The notes under the pieces: generated by a model
Databases searched by the model: none
What the model was told of the DNA's origin: nothing
What the model saw: the letters and a program-made list of their open reading frames with translations, nothing else
Part shown: positions 39,598 through 52,179 of the stretch, one piece after another
Layout of the letters: the number at the start of each line of letters is the position of its first letter
Numbering within the stretch: position 1 is the first letter of the stretch
DNA from: an uncultured Chloroflexia bacterium
GTDB taxonomy: Bacteria > Chloroflexota > Limnocylindria > Limnocylindrales > CSP1-4
DNA length: 64,000 bases
Direction: 5' to 3'
NCBI GenBank assembly: GCA_963829295.1
Contig: CAWHHU010000006.1
Span: 198,200 to 262,199 of the forward strand
Program-made: the position numbers and the translations under genes

Positions 39598-40143
39598 ATG
39601 CGGATCTACGAGGGAAGCCCGCGTCAGGACTTCGAAGAGGTGTTCCGGTCCATCGGCGCGTTTCTCGACAGTCGCGGCGTGCGCGACATCCTCCTGCTCG
39701 AAGTGCCCGATGGCTTCATCGTCCAGGGCCTCGCAGCTGCCGGTGAGGCGGGCGGCAGTTGGTCCGAGTCGGTCGGCTCGATCACGAAGGAGACCCTGAG
39801 CTTCCTCGACGAGGACATCGCGCGGTTCATGGAGGAGGCCGCGGCACGGCGTGGCAAGGCGGAGACGGCGGGTACCCACGCGGGACCGTACGAGTCCGCG
39901 CTGCGCGTGATCGGACGCTGGGCGGACGAGGAGAAGCCCAAGGACGTGTTCCTGTTCGAGCAGGACGGCGCATACGTCGTTCGGCTCCAGGTCGCCGGCC
40001 AGGCAGGCCCGCATCACGAGCTTGCCGAGTTCACCAGGGACGACATCGCCGCGCTGGTCGAGCGTGGCCCAACGCTTCGGGTGCCGGACAAGGCACCGGC
40101 CGAGACCCAGGCCGGGGTCGGGCCTGCGGGCCCGACCGCGTAG
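39598..40143 (+). CDS. Hypothetical protein with an internal duplicated ~50-aa module
   Basis: ATG with a GAGGGAG RBS. It has a repeated 'D(I/V)(L/F)L(L/F)E...DG(F/A)(I/Y)V..L' element. Confidence 0.5.
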   Translation: MRIYEGSPRQDFEEVFRSIGAFLDSRGVRDILLLEVPDGFIVQGLAAAGEAGGSWSESVGSITKETLSFLDEDIARFMEEAAARRGKAETAGTHAGPYESALRVIGRWADEEKPKDVFLFEQDGAYVVRLQVAGQAGPHHELAEFTRDDIAALVERGPTLRVPDKAPAETQAGVGPAGPTA

Positions 40144-40283
40144 CCGCCGACCCCGAGCTCGCCGGGACTCGGCCACCGGTTCCCCGAGGGGCCGGTATTC
40201 GGGACGCGCGGTCCGCCAGGTGACAGCGACGTACCGCAACGGGCACAATCGTGGTCTGACGTCATAGCGAAGGAGGCCCAACC

Positions 40284-40439
40284 ATGAAGGCGCTGCGGAC
40301 GGTGGCCGTCGCGCTCGGGGTCACCCTGGGTGCGTTGATCGTGATTCCCCTGGTCGTGCTGGCCGGGCTGTTCGTGTGGCTCAAGCTGACCGAGGAGGAT
40401 GACGAGGAAGCCCTCGAGCTGGAGCAGGAGGGAGCCTGA
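40284..40439 (+). CDS. Small membrane protein (51 aa) with an acidic C-terminal tail; not in the ORF track
   Basis: ATG preceded by AAGGAGG. Sequence 'MKALRTVAVALGVTLGALIVIPLVVLAGLFVWLKLTEEDDEEALELEQEGA'. GC-rich third positions. Confidence 0.5.
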   Translation: MKALRTVAVALGVTLGALIVIPLVVLAGLFVWLKLTEEDDEEALELEQEGA

Positions 40440-40615
40440 TCGAGAGCGGAGGCCCGGCGGGCCCCCTGCCCGCCGGGCCCGATGCCACACATGAGGCGCC
40501 CGCCTTCGAGGCGGGCGTCTTCGTGTCTCCCGCATCCGCGGCCGGCGACCCGGCGGCCCGCGACCCGGCGACCGACGGCCAGCCGCCGGACCACAACTGG
40601 CCCCCCGCGGCCACC

Positions 40616-41536
40616 ATGGCCCGACGCCTGGCCGAAGCGGGCATCCTGGTCACGGTGCTCATCTGGTCCGCCAACTTCGTCTTGGTCAAGGCGGCCATCG
40701 GAGTGCTCGGGCCGCTCGCGTTTGCCGGGGCCCGGTTCAGCGTCGCTGCCGTCACGCTCCTGGCGATCCTGCGCTGGCGGCAGGGCCAGGTCCAGCCGCC
40801 GGCCGGGCAGCTGCGCGTTCTGCTCGCGCTCGGCGCGTTCGGGTTCGGGGCCTACCAGATCCTGTGGAGCATCGGGCTGACCAGCATCAGCGCCGGCGAC
40901 TCCGCCCTGATCGTCGCCGCGTCGCCGGTCCTGACGGCGCTCCTCGCCGGCGCGGTCGGCATGGACCGCCTGACGCTGCCCAAGGCGGCGGGTGCCCTGA
41001 TCGCGTTCGCGGGGGTCGCGATCGTGATCGCCCGAGGACATGACCTGACGCTCGGGGCGTCGTTGCCCGGTGACCTGCTGACCCTCGCCGCCGCGTCCCT
41101 GTGGGCGCTGTACACGGTGGGCGGGACCCGCGTGCTCCGCCGGGTGGACCCGCTGCAGGCGACGACCTGGACGGTGGTGGGCGGGCTGCTCGTCCTGGCG
41201 CCCCTGGCGCTGTTCGACGGGTTCGAGCGGCACTGGACGGGGATCGGACCCGAGGTGCTGTTGGCCATCGTCGCCTCGGGCAGCCTGGCCGCGGGGGTCG
41301 CAAACGTGTTCGTGTTCAACGCCATCCGCTTCATCGGCCCGACGCGGGCCACGGCCATGCAGCTGCTCGTTCCGGCTGGCGCCGTGCTCCTTGGCGCTGC
41401 GTTTCTGGGCGAGCCGGTGGGCGTGGCGCAGGTGGTGGGCGGTGGCGTCATCGTGGCCGGCGTCTGGATCACCCGGCGGGCATCGATCGTGCCGCGCGGC
41501 CGCATGCCCGCCCGGCTCATCCCGGATCGCTCGTGA
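40616..41536 (+). CDS. EamA/DMT-family transporter
   Basis: Ten transmembrane helices and duplicated EamA domains. Start at 'MARRLAEAG'. Confidence 0.7.
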   Translation: MARRLAEAGILVTVLIWSANFVLVKAAIGVLGPLAFAGARFSVAAVTLLAILRWRQGQVQPPAGQLRVLLALGAFGFGAYQILWSIGLTSISAGDSALIVAASPVLTALLAGAVGMDRLTLPKAAGALIAFAGVAIVIARGHDLTLGASLPGDLLTLAAASLWALYTVGGTRVLRRVDPLQATTWTVVGGLLVLAPLALFDGFERHWTGIGPEVLLAIVASGSLAAGVANVFVFNAIRFIGPTRATAMQLLVPAGAVLLGAAFLGEPVGVAQVVGGGVIVAGVWITRRASIVPRGRMPARLIPDRS

Positions 41537-41545
41537 TCGATTCCG

Positions 41546-42155
41546 TCACCAGTGGTTCCAGCGAGCGAAGTCCTCGAACGACACCCATCCGCGCCGAAGC
41601 GACGGGGATCGGACGTCGGGCAGCGGCCTGCCGACCGGCATGACACCGATCGGCGTGAACTCGTCGGGCACGCCCAGCACGGACCGCAGCGGGGCGAGCC
41701 CCACGGCCGGTCCGGCGAACCCGCACCCGAGGCCCTCGTTGACGGCGGCCAGCATGATCGTCTGCATCGTGGCGCCGACGTCGACCCACCAGTAGGGCAC
41801 GGGCCATTCGATCTCGGTGCCATCTTCCCGGAGCTTGTCCGGCTCTCGATACCGGCGGTGGTAGATGGCGTCGCTCACGCACGGCACGAACTGCGGCGCA
41901 GCGGCTGATCCAGGGCCCGAAGTCGGGGTCGTCCGCCTGCTCGCCGCAGGCGCGAGCGACCGCCTGCCGGCGTTCGGGATCCGTGACCACGACCAGCCGC
42001 TGACCTTGTGAGAAGCCGGCCGACGGCGTCCGTTGGGCGAGCCGAGCGATCCGCTCGATGACCGCGGGATCGACGCCGCCTTCCGCGAACCGCCGGACGG
42101 CCCGGCGTTTCATGACCACCTCGGTGAAGTCCATGACACCTCCGGCAGGCATCGT
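41546..42155 (-). pseudogene. Nitroreductase-family gene disrupted by an apparent 1-nt frameshift near 41895-41912
   Basis: The N-terminal part ('MDFTEVVMKRRAVRRFAEGGVDPAVIERIARLAQRTPSAGFSQGQRLVVV...GPWIS') is in one frame. The C-terminal part ('AAAPQFVPCVSDAIY...WWVDVGATMQTIMLAAVNEGLGCGFAG...') is in a second frame with no stop at the junction. Confidence 0.55.
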
Positions 42156-42240
42156 CGCACGGTCCTCGCATGCCAGCGCCGGCACCGGCCCGCTCCTCCG
42201 CGGATTCATCCCTTGACCGTTCAACGACGATCTGTGGGCC

Positions 42241-44963
<2,723 letters not shown>

Positions 44964-45018
44964 GCCAGGATCCTCGCCCCCGGCGGCGACCGCCCAGGCG
45001 TACCGGAGAGATCTCGAG

Positions 45019-46415
45019 ATGGACGATGTCATCGCGTCGGTTGCGCCGGCGCTTCAGGCCCGGATCGGAGCCTTCCGGCGGAAGCATCGCCTGCCCGGCG
45101 TGGTGGCCGGGGTCGCGACAGCCGATGGGCTCCGGTGGTGGCACGCAGCGGGGTTCTCCGATCTCGAGGCGGGCCGTCGCGCTGACCAGCGGACGCTCCA
45201 CCGCGTGGCTTCGATCACCAAGACCGTGACCGCCACCGCGGTCCTCCAGCTGCGGGACGAGGGTCGCCTGGCGCTGGACGACCCGGTCGTCCGGCACCTG
45301 CCGGAGCTGGCACAGGTAGCGAGCCCGCAAGGCCCGATCGAGCACGTCACCGTCCGCCGGCTGCTGATGCACACATCCGGGCTGCAGGGCGAGGTGCCGC
45401 GCAGGACGACGAGCGCTTCTGGACGTACACCGTCGACGAGCTGCCGGGTGTGCTGTAGCTCGGGACCGTCAGCACCCCGCCCGAGGTCGACCACAAGTAC
45501 AGCAACTTCGGGTTCGAGCTCCTGGGTCTGATGGTCGCGCGGGTCGCGGGACGAGACTTCACGGACTACGTGCGTGCCGAGATCCTCGATCCCCTGGGCA
45601 TGCACGACACGACCTGGACGCCGGATGCGGACCAGGCCGCCCGCCAGGCCGTGGGCTACGACGCACGGAACCACGACGACACGCCCCGCCGGGCCAGGGA
45701 GCTCGATTCGGGCAAGTTCGTGGCCGATGGCGGGCTGTGGTCGACGGTCGAGGATCTGGGCACATGGCTCGGTCAGCAGCTGCGCGCAGATCCGGCTGCC
45801 GAGGTCGGCCCGGGGCAGGTGCTGGCGGGCCGGACGCTGGCCGAGATGCACAGGCCGACCTGGGTCGCGGACGAGAAATGGACTGTGGCGCAGGGGCTGG
45901 GCTGGTACGGGGCTCGCAAGGGCGAGACGATCCTGATCGGGCACGCGGGAGCGCTGTGGGGGTTCCGGAGCAACATCTCCTTCTCGGCCCGCGGCAAGGT
46001 CGGTGCCATCGTGCTGTTGAATGGCATGGGCGATGCGTCCGCGCTCGCTCGCGAGCTGCTCGAGCTCCTGCTGCCGGCCGTCGACGAGGCGCGCGACCGT
46101 GAGGACGTGTCCCCGTTCGTGCCCGTGCCCGAGGCGTACCGCGAGCTGCTCGGTGCCTACCGCGACCCGGCGGGCGGTGACGACACGCTCATCGAGTGGC
46201 GCGACGGAAAGCTGGTGATGACCGACAGCGAGCCGGACGCCGAGGTCCATGAGCTCGCCCCGACCGGCGACCCGTTGGTGTTCACGATGCGGGGTGGCCG
46301 ACCGGGGGGCGAGCCGCTCGTGTTCCTCCGCGACGCCGGAGGCCGGATCGACCGCTGCAACGTGGGCGGCTACCCGGTCATCCGCGTCGACCTGCTGCGC
46401 GAGCCGACCTGGTAG
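45019..46415 (+). pseudogene. Serine hydrolase (beta-lactamase / PBP4-esterase family) disrupted by a frameshift (~45395-45410) and an in-frame TAG (45458-45460)
   Basis: Frame a carries 'ASITK' (SxxK) through '...LLMHTSGLQGEVP'. Frame b carries 'QDDERFWTYTVDELPGVL*LGTVSTPPEVDHKYSNFGFELLG...' (YSN motif) and on to 'IGHAGALWGF' (the KTG-equivalent HxG). Confidence 0.55.
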
Positions 46416-46446
46416 CGCGCTCGCCGGCCGACCCGGCCGGGCGGCC

Positions 46447-47427
46447 CTAGACGATGGCCCGGTGGAGCCGCAGGAACGTCGGCTCGAACCCCAGCCGGGG
46501 CCAGGTGCGGCTGGCCTCGAGGTTGGTTGCCCGCCAGTCGGTGGCGACCCACGGATACCCGGCGTCGCGCGCCCATGCGAGGACCGTCTCGCCGAGGACC
46601 CGACCGGCGCCCATGCCCCGCGCCTCCGGCAGCACGGCAGCAAAGCCCAGGAACCCGGCTCGCTCGGGTCGGATCAGGCCGTTGTTGCTGGATGAAAGCT
46701 CGAGCGAGCAGGCCGTCGCCGCACCCACCGCGTGCCCGTCATGCTCGACGATGAAGCTCATGTAGCGTTGATCGTCGAGGTCACCATCGAGGTCGGCCTC
46801 GACCTCCTCCAGGCTCGGGATCGACAGGCGCGAGAAGACCGGTGATCGAGCCTGGTGCTCGGGCAGCGCCCGGTCGATGCGGGCGAGGTCGGCCAGGTCT
46901 GCCCGGCTGGCCTGGCGCACGTGGAGCGCCTCGGGCACGCGCACCTCGAACGACGTCGGCGGGGACGGACGGAGCGCGTGCACCTGCTGCTGGCCGAAGC
47001 CCAGCCCGAACCAGGCGTCGATGAGCGCCCGATCTGCGGCCGGCACCAGGACGTAGTGGTGGCTGTGTGCGGCCGCCACCCACGCCTCGGCGGCCACGCG
47101 ATAGAGGTCGCGCACCGTCTCCGGCTCGGCGACCGCGTGACCCGCGGATTCGACCCAGACGTTGGGCCGCCAGATATCCGGGTCACGACCGACACCCAGG
47201 AGAAAGCCGAGACAGGTGGAGCCGCGCAGCGCAACGAGGCCGGGCATGGCCTCGCCGGCGTCCCCATTCCCCATCAGGCGCTCGATCTCGGCACGGGCTC
47301 GTGGGACCTGCTCGAATGCCGGATCGAGCCCGGGCGACGCCGTCCGGTGCGCGCGATGTCGGGCGGCGAGCAGGCGGGCGGCGTCGTCGATGAACGAGGC
47401 GTCGAACGAGCGGATCGCGAGCTGCAT
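46447..47427 (-). CDS. Tandem-GNAT N-acetyltransferase (MshD-like two-domain architecture)
   Basis: 326 aa. The C-terminal GNAT core is 'GFAAVLPEARGMGAGRVLGETVLAWARDAGY', with a degenerate N-terminal GNAT half. Confidence 0.55.
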   Translation of the reverse strand: MQLAIRSFDASFIDDAARLLAARHRAHRTASPGLDPAFEQVPRARAEIERLMGNGDAGEAMPGLVALRGSTCLGFLLGVGRDPDIWRPNVWVESAGHAVAEPETVRDLYRVAAEAWVAAAHSHHYVLVPAADRALIDAWFGLGFGQQQVHALRPSPPTSFEVRVPEALHVRQASRADLADLARIDRALPEHQARSPVFSRLSIPSLEEVEADLDGDLDDQRYMSFIVEHDGHAVGAATACSLELSSSNNGLIRPERAGFLGFAAVLPEARGMGAGRVLGETVLAWARDAGYPWVATDWRATNLEASRTWPRLGFEPTFLRLHRAIV

Positions 47428-47473
47428 ACGCTGATGATGCCGCCAACGTCACTTGACACCACGTCACTTGCCG

Positions 47474-47503
47474 TTGACGCGGCGGCGCGACGCAGGATAT
47501 CCT
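47474..47503 (+). promoter_or_regulatory. Candidate sigma-70-type promoter for rho: TTGACG -18 nt- TATCCT, preceded by a duplicated ACGTCACTTG element
   Basis: Read directly at 47444-47503; located 130-190 nt upstream of the rho ATG. Confidence 0.4.
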
Positions 47504-47632
47504 CCCGTCATCCCCACCGGTCGCGCGCGACGGGCCTCCGATTCTGCGCGAATGGCCCGTGGCGTGATCCATCACCGACGAGCGGGACGTGGCCCGCGTC
47601 GGCTTCCCAACCGTCGAGGTTTGCCCATCCCC

Positions 47633-49009
47633 ATGCCGAATGGTGACCAGCGGCCGAGCCGCAATCGCCGGCCGCGCCGTCGATCCCAGACCAGCCGCCT
47701 GCCGGTGACCGAGCAGGACGAGGTCGCCGAGCTCGAGGCTGCCCGGGAGCGGAACGACCTCGACGTTCGCGACCTGAGCGAGATGTCGGTCAAGGAGCTG
47801 CGCGAGATCGGCGCCCGCCTCGAGATCGAATCCGAGCCGGCCGAGCGGCGCGAGGACCTGGTCGAGCTGATCCTCCAGCGTCAGACCGAGCGGGCCGGCC
47901 TCGACTACGCCTTCGGCATCCTGGACATCGTGGACGAGGGCTACGGCTTCATGCGACGCCATGGCCTGCTGCCCAGCGGGGAGGACGTCTACGTCTCGTC
48001 GAGCCAGGTCCGTCGCTTCGGCCTGCGCGTGGGCGATCGGGTCACCGGGGCGGTCCGCGCGCCGCGCGAAGGCGAGAAGTACTGGGGCCTGATCCGGGTC
48101 GACACGGTCAACGGCGTCGATACGGACTCCGCGCGCCGTCGCCCGTACTTCAACGACCTCACGCCGATCCACCCGATCGAGCTGATCAACCTCGAGTCGG
48201 ATCCCAAGAACCTGAGCCAGCGACTCGTCAACCTGGTCAACCCGTTGGGCAAGGGCCAGCGGGCGCTGATCGTGAGCCCGCCAAAGGCCGGCAAGACGAT
48301 GCTGCTCAAGAGCATCGCCAACGGCATCACCGCCAACTATCCGGACATCCTGCTCATGGTCGCCCTCATCGGGGAGCGGCCGGAGGAGGTGACCGACATG
48401 CGGCGATCGGTCCAGGGTGAGGTCATCAGCTCGACCTTCGACGAGCCCACCGAGAACCACACCCACGTGGCAGAGATGGCGCTCGAGATCGCCAAGCGAC
48501 AGGTGGAGACCGGTCGCGACGTGGTGATCCTGCTCGACTCGATCACCCGCCTCGCGCGTGCCTACAACCTCGCCCTGCCACCGTCCGGCCGAACCCTGTC
48601 GGGCGGAATCGACCCGATCGCGCTCTACCCGCCCAAGCGGTTCTTCGGTGCGGCCCGCAAGATCGAGGAAGGCGGCAGCCTCACCTGCATCGCCACCTGC
48701 CTCGTCGACACGGGCTCCCGGATGGACGACGTCATTTACGAGGAGTTCAAGGGCACCGGCAACTCCGAGCTGATCCTTGATCGCAAGCTGTCCGAGAAGC
48801 GGATCTTCCCCGCCATCGACGTCCAGCGCTCGGGGACCCGTCGCGAGGAGCTGCTGCTCGAGGAGGGCACCCTCAAGATGGTCTGGACGATGCGCCGGAT
48901 GCTGTCGGCGGTGGGCACCAACGAGGGCATCGAGCTGCTGCTCAACCGGATCGCGAAGACCGAGAACAATGCCCAGTTCCTCGGCACCCTGACCAAGAGC
49001 CTCGACTGA
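47633..49009 (+). CDS. rho: Transcription termination factor Rho
   Basis: Walker A '[12 protein letters not shown]', the RNA-binding (cold-shock-like) domain, and a C-terminus typical of Rho. Start at 'MPNGDQRP'; upstream alternatives are at 47453 and 47552. Confidence 0.95.
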   Translation: MPNGDQRPSRNRRPRRRSQTSRLPVTEQDEVAELEAARERNDLDVRDLSEMSVKELREIGARLEIESEPAERREDLVELILQRQTERAGLDYAFGILDIVDEGYGFMRRHGLLPSGEDVYVSSSQVRRFGLRVGDRVTGAVRAPREGEKYWGLIRVDTVNGVDTDSARRRPYFNDLTPIHPIELINLESDPKNLSQRLVNLVNPLGKGQRALIVSPPKAGKTMLLKSIANGITANYPDILLMVALIGERPEEVTDMRRSVQGEVISSTFDEPTENHTHVAEMALEIAKRQVETGRDVVILLDSITRLARAYNLALPPSGRTLSGGIDPIALYPPKRFFGAARKIEEGGSLTCIATCLVDTGSRMDDVIYEEFKGTGNSELILDRKLSEKRIFPAIDVQRSGTRREELLLEEGTLKMVWTMRRMLSAVGTNEGIELLLNRIAKTENNAQFLGTLTKSLD

Positions 49010-49020
49010 CAGCTGGGATC

Positions 49021-49080
49021 GGGCGAGCCGCCGCCCCGCTCAAGCGGGCGAGCCGCCGCCCCGTTCAAGCGGGCCTGCTG
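49021..49080 (+). repeat. 25-bp tandem direct repeat gggcgagccgccgccccg(c/t)tcaagc (2.4 copies), each with a small CCCGNTCAAGCGGG hairpin, 12 nt past the rho stop
   Basis: Read directly; it may be the rho 3' terminator/structured element. Confidence 0.8.
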
Positions 49081-49330
49081 GCCCCTCCCCAGGCTACGGA
49101 CGGCCGGTTTCCTTCTCTCGCGGCCTGACTGCCGGCGCGGCCCGCGGCGTGCGTCCGGTTTGCCCTGCCAGTCCTCCGTCTGGTAGGGTTCGCCCGCGAG
49201 TTGTTGGCTGGCCCCGATCCCGGGTCGGCCTCGGGGGGACGACCTGGAAGGACCCTTCGCGACCCCGGAAGATCGGCCGACGTCTTGCCGACATCGTCCC
49301 GCGGCTCGATCTTGGCGCCAGGAGACGGTA

Positions 49331-50728
49331 TTGCAGAAGACCAAGGCCGCAGGAAGCCGCGATCACCCACGTTCTCGTGGGGGTCGTGTGTCTGCCGCCC
49401 AGGCGCGCGCGACCACGGTCACCCGGCTCAACCGCCTGAGCCTCCGCGCCGCGCGCGCGGTCCAGGCATGGACGTTGGGTCGACGACCAGCACCTGGTGC
49501 GCTGGTCAACGCCATCCTGAGGGCCGTTCGCCCGCTGGCAACCGCTGAGCGGGCCCTCCCGGTCACGGTTGCGGCGCTCGTGGCCGTGGCCTCGATGCTG
49601 GCGGTCCTGCCGGCCGCTCCCATCGGTGCCACCGGCGGCACGCAGGGCGCAGGCGGCGACGTCCGGATCGCGATCGGCGGCGGGCCGGTCGACGCCGGGG
49701 TTGATCCCTACCCGGCGACGGGCGATACGAGCTCGGGAGGCGACCAGACCCTCGGGCAGGACTCGCTGGCCTACCAGGGATCGGGCTCCGGGCTGGCCTT
49801 CCAACCGGTCACCATCCCGGGTGGCGTGACGACCAGTGCGAGCAGTGAGCAGACGTCGCCGGAGCCCGGACCGGTGCTCGACGATGGCACCCTGCTCACC
49901 GGGTACTACCCGGATACGACCGTCGAGGACGGCGCTGATCTGCTCCGCTCCTACAAGGTGAAGGCGGGCGACAGCCTGGTCGAGATCGCGCACAGGTTCG
50001 GCGTGTCCATGATGACCCTGTGGTGGGCCAACAAGCTCGAGTCCAAGGATGCGCTGCACGTGGGCCAGGTGCTCAAGATTCCGCCGGTGTCGGGCGTCGT
50101 GTACACGGTGAAGACCAGCGACACGCTCGATGCGGTGGCCGCCCACTACAAGGTCGACGCCACCGACATCGTCAAGCTCAACGGGCTCGCGGACACGACG
50201 CTCGTCGTTGGCCAGGTGCTCGTCCTGCCAGGCGCCAAGGGTGCCCCGATCCCGACCCCCAAGCCCAGCCCGAAGCCGGCGCCGCAATCGGCGTCGCGGG
50301 TGACCCACACGTCCAGCCGCACCAGCAGCACCCAGGCCCGCTACTCGGGCGGCAGGTTCCAGTGGCCCGTCATCGGTGGTGGCAACTACATCAGCCAGTA
50401 CTTCCACTCCGGTCATGACGCGGTCGACATCGCCGCCAGCTACGGGTCGAAGGTCGTGGCTGCGGCTGGCGGCCGGGTCACCTTCGCGGGCTGGAAGTCG
50501 AACGGCGGCGGGTGGCAGGTGTGGATCTCCCACGGCGGCAACCTGTACACGACGTACAACCATATGTCGGCACTGACCGTAGGCACCGGACAGACCGTGT
50601 CCCGCGGCCAGCAGGTGGGCCGGATCGGGCAGAGCGGCAATGCCACGGGCCCGCATCTCCATTTCGAGGTCTGGATCGGTCCGATCTGGAGCGGCGGCAC
50701 CCGCGTCAACCCGCTGCGCTACTTCTGA
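49331..50728 (+). CDS. Membrane-anchored cell-wall hydrolase: two LysM domains + M23 (LytM) metallopeptidase
   Basis: Transmembrane helix 'VTVAALVAVASMLAVL'; LysM motifs ('YKVKAGDSLVEIAHRFGVSMMTL', 'YTVKTSDTLDAVAAHYKVDATDIVKLN'); M23 'HSGHDAVDI...GPHLHFEV'. The start is uncertain. Confidence 0.8.
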   Translation: MQKTKAAGSRDHPRSRGGRVSAAQARATTVTRLNRLSLRAARAVQAWTLGRRPAPGALVNAILRAVRPLATAERALPVTVAALVAVASMLAVLPAAPIGATGGTQGAGGDVRIAIGGGPVDAGVDPYPATGDTSSGGDQTLGQDSLAYQGSGSGLAFQPVTIPGGVTTSASSEQTSPEPGPVLDDGTLLTGYYPDTTVEDGADLLRSYKVKAGDSLVEIAHRFGVSMMTLWWANKLESKDALHVGQVLKIPPVSGVVYTVKTSDTLDAVAAHYKVDATDIVKLNGLADTTLVVGQVLVLPGAKGAPIPTPKPSPKPAPQSASRVTHTSSRTSSTQARYSGGRFQWPVIGGGNYISQYFHSGHDAVDIAASYGSKVVAAAGGRVTFAGWKSNGGGWQVWISHGGNLYTTYNHMSALTVGTGQTVSRGQQVGRIGQSGNATGPHLHFEVWIGPIWSGGTRVNPLRYF

Positions 50729-50812
50729 TCGAGCGTGACCACGCGCCGCTGACCCGCGGGTTTGCGAGCTGCCGGTTGGGGGCGCCGAATTGCCCGTGCG
50801 ACAATGCGGCCG

Positions 50813-52102
50813 ATGTTCCTCGATGACGTCCGGATCGTTGTTCGTGCCGGAGCTGGCGGCGACGGGGCAGCGACCTTCAGGCGCGAGGCCCACGTCCCGC
50901 GCGGAGGCCCCGACGGCGGCGATGGTGGCCGTGGCGGGTCCGTCTACCTGCGTGTCGACGTCGGGCAGACGACGCTGCTGGACTTCCGATACCGCCACCA
51001 GTTCAGTGCGACCGCGGGCGGCCGAGGCGAGCGCGCTCGCCGTCACGGCAAGGCAGGTGACGACCTGTACCTGGCGGTCCCCCCCGGCACGGGCGTGCTC
51101 GACGCCGAATCAGGCGTCCTGATCGCCGATCTGGTGGCGCTGGGCCAGGAGGTGATGGTCGCCCGCGGGGGTCGGGGCGGGCTGGGCAACACCCACTTCG
51201 CCACCGCCACCCACCAGGCGCCCAGGCACGCACAGAAAGGGGAGCCGGGGGAGGAACGGTCGATCCGGCTCGAGCTCCGGCTGATCGCCGACGTCGGGCT
51301 CGTGGGGCTCCCCAACGCGGGCAAGTCAACCCTGCTCGCGGCGCTGACCGCCGCGCGTCCGAAGATCGCGTCGTACCCGTTCACCACGCTCGAGCCGAAC
51401 CTCGGCGTCATGGATCTGGGCATCGAGGACGGGCGGCGGCCGACGATCGCCGACGTGCCCGGCCTGATCGAGGGCGCATCGACCGGCGCCGGGCTGGGGC
51501 ACGCGTTCCTGCGTCACGTCGAGCGCACCCGGGTCCTGCTGCATGTCGTGGACGGTGCCGCCCACGACCCGCGCTGGGACCACGACGTCATCCGCGACGA
51601 GCTTCGGGCACACGACCCGGAGCTCCTCTCGAAGCCGATGCTGGTGGTGTTCAACAAGCTGGACCTCTCGCCCGCGCGAGACGCGTGGCCGAGCTTCCGG
51701 GCTGCGATGGACGGGGAGGGGGTCGCGGCACTGGCGGTGTCCGCTGAGCAGGGCACGGGGCTGGAACAGCTGCGCACCGCCGTCGCGGGCCTGTTGCCCG
51801 ATGCGGCCGGGCTCGCTGCGTCGCCCGAGCCGGCAGGTGTGGTCGTCCACCGGCTCGAGGCGTCCGGGGACGGCTTTGCGCTGGATCGGGAGGAAGGCGC
51901 GCTCCGGGTGCGGGGCAAGCGGATCGAGCGCCTCGTCGCGCAGACGAACTTCGACAACGAGGAGTCGGCTGAGCGGTTCCAGCGTGAGCTTGCGCGGCTG
52001 GGCATCGACGACGCCCTGCGGCGGGCCGGGGTCCGGTCGGGAGACCTGGTCCGGATCGGGGGATCCGAGCTGGAGTGGGAGCCCCGCGAGGATGCCGATT
52101 GA
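50813..52102 (+). CDS. obg: GTPase Obg/CgtA
   Basis: Obg fold N-terminus 'FLDDVRIVVRAGAGGDG', and G-domain 'GLPNAGKST', 'DVPG', 'NKLD'. Confidence 0.95.
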   Translation: MFLDDVRIVVRAGAGGDGAATFRREAHVPRGGPDGGDGGRGGSVYLRVDVGQTTLLDFRYRHQFSATAGGRGERARRHGKAGDDLYLAVPPGTGVLDAESGVLIADLVALGQEVMVARGGRGGLGNTHFATATHQAPRHAQKGEPGEERSIRLELRLIADVGLVGLPNAGKSTLLAALTAARPKIASYPFTTLEPNLGVMDLGIEDGRRPTIADVPGLIEGASTGAGLGHAFLRHVERTRVLLHVVDGAAHDPRWDHDVIRDELRAHDPELLSKPMLVVFNKLDLSPARDAWPSFRAAMDGEGVAALAVSAEQGTGLEQLRTAVAGLLPDAAGLAASPEPAGVVVHRLEASGDGFALDREEGALRVRGKRIERLVAQTNFDNEESAERFQRELARLGIDDALRRAGVRSGDLVRIGGSELEWEPREDAD

Positions 52103-52179
52103 GCGCGGCGGCCGGGAGCACCAGCGGGATCACCGATGCCGGGGCGGCCACCGGCGCGATCCCGCCGCCGGCCGCGGTC

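Noticed and set aside
46447-47427. Calling the tandem-GNAT protein mycothiol synthase MshD
   Set aside because: The architecture and size fit, but no MshD-specific residues could be verified by eye. It is left as an MshD-like GNAT.
49080-49330. Possible ydaO/c-di-AMP riboswitch in the 320-nt leader of the LysM-M23 hydrolase gene
   Set aside because: The context fits, since such hydrolase genes often carry ydaO. But I could not find the conserved GGGGUGAAUCC or CCCGAAGGAAC cores, and only a loose CCCGGAAGA resemblance. It needs cmscan (Rfam RF00379) before any claim.
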